Part shown: positions 30,917-39,268 of the stretch, piece after piece
How the letters are laid out: each line of letters begins with the position of its first letter
How positions within the stretch are numbered: the first letter of the stretch is position 1
DNA from: Terriglobia bacterium
GTDB lineage: Bacteria > Acidobacteriota > Terriglobia > 20CM-2-55-15
Assembly (NCBI GenBank): GCA_965198225.1
Contig: CBDAOY010000005.1
Span: forward strand, 416,001 to 480,000
Length of the DNA: 64,000 bases
Direction: 5' to 3'
Notes under the pieces: model-generated
Seen by the model: the letters and a program-made list of their open reading frames with translations, nothing else
Database searches by the model: none
What the model was told of the DNA's origin: nothing
Translations under genes and position numbers: made by a program

Positions 30917-32025
30917 CGTTCCCCGTCAACGTGTCGGCCGGGGTTCAGACGGCGCTCGGGATCGAACGAATGCTTGATCTGCTTCATCAGTTCGTACTCC
31001 CGTCCGCCGACACCGAAGGTCGACACACGACGGCGCACGTCGATCGGGGCGCGCTCGATCACCGTCGGAAGCTGTTCGCGGATCTTCGGGATTTCTTCCG
31101 GATCCCGAAGCCCGAGCAACAAGACGCCCGTCGCAGCATGGGCCATCCAGGACGCGGGTTTGAAGCGCTCGACGACGTCACCGATCCTGGAGGGCAACGC
31201 GACAACCCGGACCACGATGTCGCCGAGTTCACGATAGCACTGGCCGACCTCCCGCCAGAGATCGGGCTCGGCGTCTGGACCGAAGCGCTCCCAATCTCCA
31301 GCGGGCAGGTTTTCGAACTGCCATTCCACCGCGTCAGGATGTTCACCGAAGCGGATGAAGACGGTGTCGGCCGGCCCGAGCCAGATCAGTGATATGGGAT
31401 CGCAGGGTCCGGTACGAATGGCCGCAAGCACCTGGAGAGCGTGGGCCCGACCCCCGACTCGCAGACGGGCCGTGAGGGTCGTCTCGTATCGGGCTCTGAG
31501 CTTGAAGCTGATTTCCGATATCAGGGCCAGCGACCCCAGCGAACCCGTGTAGAGCTTGGCCAGGTCGTAGCCGGATACATTCTTGACGACACGACCTCCG
31601 GTCCGGGAACGTCGGCCTTCAACATCCACCACCTGCATGCCGATGATCCAGTCGCGGATGCTGCCGACGGTCCTCAAGGATCCTTGAGCGTTGGTCGCCG
31701 CGATGCCGCCGATCGTCGCGTCCGGGCCGTTCCACGGATCGAGCGGCAGAATCTGGCCGTGCTCTTCGAGGGCGGCATGCAGCTGCCCCAGGGTGACGCC
31801 GGATTCCACGTGAACGGTCAGGTCCTCCGGTACGTACTCGGTGACCCGCGACAGGCAACGGGTATCGATCGCACAATCGATGGGCTGGAGCGGGTTACCG
31901 AAGTTCAGTTGCGTGCCCGCACCGACTGGTGCGATCGTGCCGGTCTCCCCACGCATGATCTCGGCAAGGTCGTCGACGTTTTCGGGTCGCTCCACACGTC
32001 CCACCTGGACCGAGTCGACAATCAT
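30913..32025 (-). CDS. glcE: Glycolate oxidase FAD-binding subunit
   Basis: FAD-binding PCMH domain, GGRVVKNVSGYDL, FDPERRLNPG. Confidence 0.85.
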   Translation of the reverse strand: MIVDSVQVGRVERPENVDDLAEIMRGETGTIAPVGAGTQLNFGNPLQPIDCAIDTRCLSRVTEYVPEDLTVHVESGVTLGQLHAALEEHGQILPLDPWNGPDATIGGIAATNAQGSLRTVGSIRDWIIGMQVVDVEGRRSRTGGRVVKNVSGYDLAKLYTGSLGSLALISEISFKLRARYETTLTARLRVGGRAHALQVLAAIRTGPCDPISLIWLGPADTVFIRFGEHPDAVEWQFENLPAGDWERFGPDAEPDLWREVGQCYRELGDIVVRVVALPSRIGDVVERFKPASWMAHAATGVLLLGLRDPEEIPKIREQLPTVIERAPIDVRRRVSTFGVGGREYELMKQIKHSFDPERRLNPGRHVDGER

Positions 32026-33500
32026 CGGGCCCCTCCCCCGCTACCCGCGACGTAGCGATCGATCCGTCGAGCGGCCTCCGCCGTGCTCGTGACGCCGGGA
32101 CCGACCTCCGTACACGAACCCCTCGTGGGGAAGATCTTGCCGGGGTTCAGGAGGCCGTCCGGGTTGAAGACGTTTCGCGTGCGTTTCATGACGTCGAGCG
32201 ACTCCTCGTCAAAGGTCATCGTCATGAACTCTTTCTTTTCGACGCCGATGCCGTGCTCGCCGCTGAGCGCCCCGCCGATGGCGACGCAAACATCCATGAT
32301 CTCCTCACCCATCGCAAATATCTTGTCGACCTGGTCTGATCGGCGGCTGTCGAACAGGATGAGCGGATGCAGGTTGCCGTCGCCGGCATGGAAGACGTTG
32401 GCGACGGGCAGGCCGTGTCGCTCCGAGATGTTCGAGATCCGGGACAGCACTTCCGGAAGCCGCGTACGTGGAATCACCGCATCCATCACGATCATGTCCG
32501 GGCTGATCCGACCCATCGCTCCGAACGCCCCTTTGCGGCCGAGCCAAAGCCGAGCCCGCTGGTCTTCGTCGGCGGCAACGTGGATGTCGTAGGCACCGTT
32601 CCGTTCGCATAGCGCCAGGATCGACGCCGTCGTATCTTCGAGAGCAACGTCGAAGCCATCCACTTCGATCAGCAGACTGGCCGCTGCATCGAGACGGTAC
32701 CCTGCCTTGTAGACCGAAGCTTCAACCGCTTCGGTCGTCTTCTGGTCGACGAACTCCAGGGCGGACGGAACGATCCCGACGGCGGTGATGTCGGAGACTG
32801 TCTGGCTGCATTCCTCGACAGTGTGGAAGGCCGCAAGCAGCGTCTTGACGGCCTGCGGCTTTCCGAGCAGCCGGACGGTCACCTCGGTCACGATCGCACA
32901 CGTACCTTCAGAGCCGACGACCATGCCGACGAGGTCGTAGCCGATCGGTTCCCCGACCGGGTTTCCGATGCGAACGATGTCGCCGTCCGGCAGGACAGCT
33001 TCGAGTTCGAGAATGTGGTTCGTGGTCATCCCGTACTTCAGGCAATGGGGTCCGCCGGCATTCTCTCCGACATTGCCGCCGATGCTGCATGCCATCTGAG
33101 ACGAAGGATCGGGCGCGTAGTAGAGGCCGTGAGGAGCGGCTGCTTCAGACACGTGAAGATTGACGACGCCGGGCTGCAGAACGGCGATCCGGTTGTCCGG
33201 ATCGATGGAGATGATGCGGTTCATTCTCTGCAGCTCAATGATGATTCCGCCTTCCACCGCCAACGCACCGCCGGAAAGCCCCGTGCCGGCCCCTCGTGGC
33301 AGGAAGGGGATCCGGTAGGCTTTGGCAACCTTCACGATCTCTGAAACCTGGGCCGTCGTAGTCGGGAAGACGACGACGTCGGGAGCGTGTTTGAACAGGG
33401 CCAGGGCGTCGCACTCATAGACGAGCAGATCCGTCTCATCGGCTGTGGCGCCGGAGTCGCCTACGATCGATTTCAGCTTCGCGAGAACTTCGTCCTGCAT
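32022..33500 (-). CDS. glcD: Glycolate oxidase subunit GlcD
   Basis: RGAGTGLSGG, DPSSQMACSIGGNVGENAGGPHCLKYG, HAGDGNLHP, GEHGIG; start MQDEV. Confidence 0.92.
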   Translation of the reverse strand: MQDEVLAKLKSIVGDSGATADETDLLVYECDALALFKHAPDVVVFPTTTAQVSEIVKVAKAYRIPFLPRGAGTGLSGGALAVEGGIIIELQRMNRIISIDPDNRIAVLQPGVVNLHVSEAAAPHGLYYAPDPSSQMACSIGGNVGENAGGPHCLKYGMTTNHILELEAVLPDGDIVRIGNPVGEPIGYDLVGMVVGSEGTCAIVTEVTVRLLGKPQAVKTLLAAFHTVEECSQTVSDITAVGIVPSALEFVDQKTTEAVEASVYKAGYRLDAAASLLIEVDGFDVALEDTTASILALCERNGAYDIHVAADEDQRARLWLGRKGAFGAMGRISPDMIVMDAVIPRTRLPEVLSRISNISERHGLPVANVFHAGDGNLHPLILFDSRRSDQVDKIFAMGEEIMDVCVAIGGALSGEHGIGVEKKEFMTMTFDEESLDVMKRTRNVFNPDGLLNPGKIFPTRGSCTEVGPGVTSTAEAARRIDRYVAGSGGGAR

Positions 33501-33510
33501 AGTGATCAAA

Positions 33511-33578
33511 TGTAGGTGCGGTCTATGACCGCACATTGTTCAGGCTGAGGGATGTGCGCTCATAGTGCGCACCTACAC
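33511..33578. repeat. GTAG-type REP doublet (A + inverted B)
   Basis: tgtaggtgcggtctatgaccgcac ... gtgcgctcatagtgcgcacctacac. Confidence 0.85.
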
Positions 33579-33896
33579 CTCTCCGTAAATGAGCAGCAAC
33601 CCAACGAGCAACACGACGATGGCGGCGCCCCAGATCATCACGCCCCACCGCGCGGAGCGCGTTTCCCCACGGGGCGGCGCCGCGAATCCAAAGACCGCAC
33701 GATAGCCGGCACGCTCGACCGCGTTAAGGTATGTCTCCTCTGGCGCGTCTTCCGCGGTCACCACGGTTGCGGTCTCGGAGCGAAGATCGACACGCGCATC
33801 TTCGGTGCCCGGAACTTCCATCAACGCCTGGGTCAGGGTGACGACACAGGCGCCGCAATGCATTCCTTCGATCCGAAAACGCAATTCTCGATTCAT
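33573..33896 (-). CDS. Heavy-metal-associated (HMA) domain protein with C-terminal TM
   Basis: IEGMHCGAC metal-binding loop, AVERAGY, C-terminal hydrophobic helix. Confidence 0.82.
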   Translation of the reverse strand: MNRELRFRIEGMHCGACVVTLTQALMEVPGTEDARVDLRSETATVVTAEDAPEETYLNAVERAGYRAVFGFAAPPRGETRSARWGVMIWGAAIVVLLVGLLLIYGEV

Positions 33897-33912
33897 CTCG
33901 AAGAGGAGAAAC

Positions 33913-33952
33913 AAAAAAACCGGCGGAGGCTCATCCGCCAACCGTCCGGTTT
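33913..33952 (-). terminator. Intrinsic terminator downstream of the TPR gene
   Basis: Minus strand: aaaccgg...ggcgga-tgagcc-tccgcc-ggtttttttg, a hairpin followed by a U-run. Confidence 0.55.
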
Positions 33953-33979
33953 CGAAAATAGACTCCCAGTCCGACTGTC

Positions 33980-34543
33980 TTACGGCCCCTGTTTCAGCCT
34001 TGCGATCTCTTCCTTCACCATCTCGATTTGCGGGTATTCCGGATTGGCTTCAACAAGTCGCTCCCACAAGCGAATCGTCCCTTCCCTGTCGTTTCGCTCT
34101 TCGAGGAGCACGACACCCATGTTGAAGAGAGACTGCGGATGGTCAGGGGCGATTGAGAGTGATCTCTCGAAGGCGGCGATGGCATCGTCGATACGGTTGG
34201 AGTAGTACAACGCAGTTCCCAGATCCGTACTGATGTCGACGTTGTCCGGACTGACTTCCAAAGCCCGTCTATAGTACTCCGACGCGCCAGGAAAGTTCTC
34301 GCTGTCGAAGTGGAGGTTCCCCATCTGTACGAGCGCTTGAAAGTTCGTCGGATCGCTTCCGAGCTGGTTCTCGAGTTGCTCTCTCATCTCGGCGGCAGCT
34401 TCTGATTCCACCGGTCCGCGTGCAAGGGCCGCACCGTCACGAATGATGATCGGTCCGAGATCGCGATCCCGAACCCACAAATAGGTCATCAGAAAACCGA
34501 GCAGAAAGCCGACCAGAAGCAAGAGGACGGAGTCCCTGTTCAT
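33980..34543 (-). CDS. Membrane-anchored TPR protein
   Basis: N-terminal TM followed by about 3 TPRs (ALVQMGNLHFD, DLGTALYY, SLFNMGVV). Confidence 0.8.
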   Translation of the reverse strand: MNRDSVLLLLVGFLLGFLMTYLWVRDRDLGPIIIRDGAALARGPVESEAAAEMREQLENQLGSDPTNFQALVQMGNLHFDSENFPGASEYYRRALEVSPDNVDISTDLGTALYYSNRIDDAIAAFERSLSIAPDHPQSLFNMGVVLLEERNDREGTIRLWERLVEANPEYPQIEMVKEEIARLKQGP

Positions 34544-34685
34544 CGCGATGATGATACCACGGAACAAGACCCGTTCCGGGAGTCATCAAGGCCCGCAAGC
34601 TTATGTAAAAAAGGCTCTTCCGGAGACCTAGTGGGTCCAATTGCAGATCGCCATGTGCGTCGACGACTTCCGTGGGTGAGGGGAA

Positions 34686-34781
34686 GATACTAACCACGGA
34701 GGCACGGAGCCACAGAGGAAACCGTGATCGATCCATCCGTCATCCAAACCTCCGTGCCTTCGCGCCTCCGTGGTTAGTATC
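34686..34781. repeat. Inverted-repeat element (AACCACGGAG family)
   Basis: Perfect 18-bp IR gatactaaccacggaggc / gcctccgtggttagtatc; a related half-site lies at 28562-28583. Confidence 0.7.
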
Positions 34782-34888
34782 CCTCTTCAATCTGCAAGCG
34801 GGAAAGGGGCGGGCTCACCGCCCGCAGTTTTGAAGACCGGGTTTCCTCGACACGGATTCGAAGACCGCGATTCGTGCAAAAGAGGCTT

Positions 34889-35491
34889 TCACCCCATCAG
34901 AAGCTTCTCGAAGACCGCTTTGTAGAGACTGTCGGGAAACTGTGCGCCGACGGCCGAGGAAGAGAGCAGATCAACCGCGATCGCCGGCCGGTCGAGGTGA
35001 TGGATGGCGTTCGGCACACGATCGGCGACCAGCAGTTTGTACGCGAGCACCACGGAGCAGTCCGCAAGACCGCCATGGAACGCCCGCACGCTGGCCTGGA
35101 CCCAGGCGTCGAGTTCCGCGTCGCCCAGCACGAGGGAGAGCCGCAGGAAAATCTTTCTGCCGTCAAGTTCCAGAACGGAGTCTCCGTCGCCGGCGATTCG
35201 CCGTCTCCAGCCCGATCCTCCGATGACCTCGTCTGCGGCGGCCAACACCGCGTCCTGCAACTCCGGCGGTGCGGCGACCACGAGACGCCGGTCGTAGGCC
35301 CGCCGCTTCTTGACGTCTTTCAGGCATTCAAACGCCTCGTTGATCAACGTCATCCGCGAACGGGCCGCCGGCGTCGGATTGCGATCGGGATGGTACTCCC
35401 TTGCCAGCGTACGGTAGGCGTTGTGGACTTGATCCGGCGAGGCGTCCCTTACCAGTTTCAGGATGGAGTAATAATCGACGCTCGACTTCAT
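34889..35491 (-). CDS. J-domain (DnaJ) protein with unknown C-terminal domain
   Basis: DYYSIL...YHPDRN...INEAFECL...RRAYD; overlaps the GspE stop (ATGA). Confidence 0.85.
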   Translation of the reverse strand: MKSSVDYYSILKLVRDASPDQVHNAYRTLAREYHPDRNPTPAARSRMTLINEAFECLKDVKKRRAYDRRLVVAAPPELQDAVLAAADEVIGGSGWRRRIAGDGDSVLELDGRKIFLRLSLVLGDAELDAWVQASVRAFHGGLADCSVVLAYKLLVADRVPNAIHHLDRPAIAVDLLSSSAVGAQFPDSLYKAVFEKLLMG

Positions 35492-36948
35492 CGCGAATCA
35501 CCGAAATAGCACGTGCGATAGGCTTCCTCGACGGAAACGGTCCCGTCGAGAGCCAGGGCGACGGCCTGGTCGATGAGTGGAACGAAACCGGAGCGCCGGG
35601 CCTCGGTCTCGAGGCCTCCCTCCGATCCCGCGGCGACGAGAGCGCGGAGACTCCGGTCGACCTCCAGTATTTCAAACAGGGGACGACGACTGCGGATGCC
35701 GCTGAACCGGCAGTCCAGACAGCCGTAGCTTCGCCGCAGTCGTTCGGCCTCGGAAGGGGGGATTCCGAGGCGTTCAAGATAGAAAGCCTCCGGATAGTCC
35801 GGTCGCAGGCAATTCGGGCAGTTCGTCCGGATGAGACGCTGGGCGAGGACGCCAACCAACGCCGATGACACCAGATGGCGGTCGACGCCGAGTTCGCGAA
35901 GGCGTCGGAGGGCGGACACCCCGTCGGTCGCATGCAATGTCGAGAGGACGAGATGCCCGGTCAATGCCGCGTTGAAGGCAATCTGAGCGGTTTCGCGGTC
36001 GCGTATTTCCCCTACCAGAATCACGTCGGGGTCCTGACGCAGCGTCGAGCGCAACGCGGAGTGGAAGGTGAGGCCGGTCTTTTCATCGACCTGAACCTGG
36101 CGGATCCCGTCTACCCGGTACTCGACGGGATTTTCGATCGTCACGATCCCGAGCGGCCGCTCCCGCAGCTCATCGATCAGGGCGTACAGTGTGGTGGTCT
36201 TTCCGGTGCCCGTCGGGCCCACAACCAGTAGAATGCCCTGCGTTCTCCGCGAGATCGCACGCAACCGTTCTTGAACATCGCTCCCGATCCCGAGTTCTGC
36301 GAGCTTCGGACTGCTGAGACGGCCACCCAGCATGCGTGCGACAACCGCCTCGCCCCTGTGCGTGGGCAGGGTCGACAAGCGCGCTTCGAATCCGGCCGAC
36401 GACTCAGGGATGTGACCGTCCTGGGGAACGCGCCTCTCGCTGACGTCGAGCCTGGCCATCACCTTGATCCGCGCGACGAGACGGTCTGTCAACCACCGCG
36501 GAATCTCGAACCCGTCCTGCATCAGGCCGTCGACACGGTACCGGATACGTGTCAATCGATCCCCGGGCTCGACGTGCAGATCGCTGGCACCCCGTCGCAC
36601 GGCCTCGGCGAAGACGAGTTTCTGGATTCGCACAACCGGCGACTCGGGAAGCGCGGCCCTCTTCTGAGGGGCAACAAGGGCCGGGAGCAGCGTGGGGGCA
36701 TAGTGGCTTTCGATGGCGCGGTCGATGGCGACCGCGCTGGATTCGACACCCTCGACACGCATACCCGTGAGGAACTCGATTTCGGTGATGGTCGTGAGAT
36801 CTGTCGGATTCGACATCGCGACCAACAGCCGCGACCCGGAATCCTTTCTCAAAGGGATGCAGTGATAGCGCCGAGCGTGATCGGCGGAGAGGAGATCGAT
36901 CGCGTCGTCGTCGGGAAGGAGCGAGGGTACAACCTGAGTTTGAGACAT
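35488..36948 (-). CDS. GspE/PilB family secretion ATPase
   Basis: ASDLHVEP, Walker A GPTGTGKTT, TIENPVE, LRQDPDVILVGEIRD, TGHLVLSTLH, CxxC pairs. Confidence 0.9.
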   Translation of the reverse strand: MSQTQVVPSLLPDDDAIDLLSADHARRYHCIPLRKDSGSRLLVAMSNPTDLTTITEIEFLTGMRVEGVESSAVAIDRAIESHYAPTLLPALVAPQKRAALPESPVVRIQKLVFAEAVRRGASDLHVEPGDRLTRIRYRVDGLMQDGFEIPRWLTDRLVARIKVMARLDVSERRVPQDGHIPESSAGFEARLSTLPTHRGEAVVARMLGGRLSSPKLAELGIGSDVQERLRAISRRTQGILLVVGPTGTGKTTTLYALIDELRERPLGIVTIENPVEYRVDGIRQVQVDEKTGLTFHSALRSTLRQDPDVILVGEIRDRETAQIAFNAALTGHLVLSTLHATDGVSALRRLRELGVDRHLVSSALVGVLAQRLIRTNCPNCLRPDYPEAFYLERLGIPPSEAERLRRSYGCLDCRFSGIRSRRPLFEILEVDRSLRALVAAGSEGGLETEARRSGFVPLIDQAVALALDGTVSVEEAYRTCYFGDSR

Positions 36949-37096
36949 GTTTTCCTGAAAGAAGGGCGATAAAAGGCGGGCTCAGCCATGACACCACAGA
37001 AGCCGCCAGTTGGTCAATAGCACCCCTGGAGAGTCCGGAACGGCGGCGTCAATCGGTTTGGATGGTGGTACGGTTCGCAGTCAGCCGAAATCTGAT

Positions 37097-37431
37097 TGCC
37101 CAGGCTGCCTGTGACGGCCTAGGATAGAGCTTCCCGTGGGACGTCACCCGAAGAGGAGGTCTGTCTTGAAGGAAGCGGCACAGCCGAAACACTGGATCGT
37201 CCGGACGGCCGTCCAGGCCGGCCTGGAAGGAAGTAACGCACTGGACATTCGGGCAGGAGTTCCCACCGACGAAGCATGGGAGGCCGTCCAGAGATCCTGC
37301 GGTGTGGACGAGGTGGAACTGACCGGCCATGTGGCAGCACAGCAGCGTCTCGCGGTTGCCGATTTTCCCACCTCAGAGAACCGCGCCCTGAAGTTGCTCC
37401 CCGAGAAGGTGCCCAGGCTGCCTGTGACGGC
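37097..37431. repeat. 22-bp perfect direct repeat pair (37097-37118 and 37410-37431)
   Basis: tgcccaggctgcctgtgacggc occurs at both positions. Confidence 0.9.
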
Positions 37432-39167
37432 GATTTCAGGTCTTTCCACTGCGTGAAGAGCACAATCGGCTGATCGTCGCCACGAGCGAGCCTGGGAATC
37501 TCGTCGCGGAACAGGCGATCGGGTTCGCTTCAGGAAGACACACGATCTTCGAAGTGGCTTGTCCCGGCGCGATCACCAACGCCATAGCGACGCATTACTC
37601 GGCCGACCAACTGACCGAAAGCCTCATGAGCCACGTGCAGACGGAACTCGCCGAATCGGTTCGCGTCCTGGAGTCGTCCGCGCCTGAAGATGTCACGGCC
37701 GGGGAAACAGAAAGAGCGCCGGTCGTCAAGCTGACCAACTTGATCCTCCACGATGCCATCGCCAGCGGCGCCAGCGACATACACATCGAGCCGGAGCTGC
37801 AGGGGGGGTGTGTCAGGATGCGGGTTGACGGCGTTCTCCGAAACTACCTGAAGATGCCTCGTCCGATACTGAATCGCGTCGTTTCGCGCGTCAAGGTGCT
37901 CGGCGGAATGGATATCGCGGATCGGCTCCGGCCCCACAGCGGTCGGACCCGCATCAGCGTGGGCAGCGCCAGCTACGACCTTCGGATCTCGACAGTCCCC
38001 ACGCGTGACACCGAGAAGGCGGTGGTTCGCGTCCTCAGCCCGGAGGGCTCGCACGGATTGGAAGAACTGAGTCTGCCGGGGACGGACCTGGACAAGGTGC
38101 GTCATCTGATTTCGCAGCGCGACGGTATCGTCATCGTGACCGGCCCGACGGGGTCCGGTAAGACCACGACGTTGTACGGGACGATTCGTGAACTTGCAGC
38201 CTCCGGCCAGATCAACATCATGACGGTCGAAGATCCGGTGGAGTACGAGCTGGCCGGCGTGACTCAAATCCAGGTCGCTCCGCGCCGGGGCGTCACTTTC
38301 GCCTCCGCGCTTCGAGCGATCCTTCGCCAGGACCCGGACGTGATACTGGTCGGCGAGATTCGAGACCTCGAAACCGCCGGGATCGCAGTCCAGGCCAGCG
38401 TAACGGGTCACCTCGTCCTGGCGACGCTTCACACCAACGACGCCATCGGCGTGATCCCGCGTCTGTCCGCGCTCGGCTTGCACCCATCGGCCGTCGCAGG
38501 GGCGTTCCGCGGAGCCCTGGCGCAGAGGCTGGTGCGACAGGTCTGCAGTCATTGTTGCGAAAAGGTCGATTCGCTGACCCCCCGGGAACAGCGCCTGGCG
38601 GATCGCTACGACGTCCGGCCGACGGTTCGGGCGCATGGCTGCGATCATTGCGGCAGGACGGGCTATCGCGGCCGTCTTCCCGTCATCGAAATCGTCGTCA
38701 AGACCGCAGAGCTGGAAGAACTCATCGGGAGCGGAGCCACCGCTCTGGAATTGGGCAAGGCTGCTCGAGAGGGCGGGGCAAGGCCGATGGTCTCGATGGG
38801 TCTGGACAGGGTAGCGGAGGGCCTGACGACACTCGAAGAGGTCGAGCGGGTTCTTGGCGAAACCGTCGAAGATAAAGTCTCGAAAGCTCCAAGCGGGCCG
38901 CATGTTCTCCTGGTGGACCACGACATGGACGAACTCGAACTGCTCCAGCTGACGCTCGAGCGGAACGGTTATGGGCCTCCGCCTGTCCTCCACCTGGGCA
39001 TTGACCGGCACCCGAAGGCGGCCCTCTATAAGAAGCTGGAAGAAGACTGGAGGCGGCTTAGAAAGAATCCCTTCAAGTTGATTAAGGAAGTGAAACGACC
39101 CGAGGGCGGGACCGGCAACAAGGATTCCTCGACGGCGAAACCGAATGTTCGGGTAGCCAAAGCCTGA
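37166..39167 (+). pseudogene. Second GspE/PilB ATPase, frameshifted near 37410-37430, with truncated receiver-like domain and foreign C-terminus
   Basis: RBS gaggaggt then TTG 37166. ...LKLLPEKV continues in a +1 frame as RRFQVFPLREEHNRLIVAT into ORF 37554-39167 (GPTGSGKTT, TVEDPVE, RQDPD). HVLLVDHD...LERNGY is followed by a patatin-like tail. Confidence 0.75.
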
Positions 39168-39268
39168 GAGTCAAGCCGATTCTCCGGTTGATGCGCAGGC
39201 CTCGCCATCGATGGACTCCGACCGTGGCCCACCGGTACACCTCATCGAACAAGCGGAGGGTTGAGTTC

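Noticed and set aside
34795-34875. Possible tRNA-Sec or tRNA-Ser gene
   Set aside because: Only an anticodon-like 15-mer and one hairpin; no T-arm (GTTCRA) or acceptor stem. The hairpin may be the J-domain gene's terminator.
37530-39011. Long antisense ORF (493 aa) and similar ones (18492-19775, 15181-16314, 41610-42743, 10582-11736)
   Set aside because: They lie opposite well-supported genes, have no motifs, and are expected from GC-rich codon bias.
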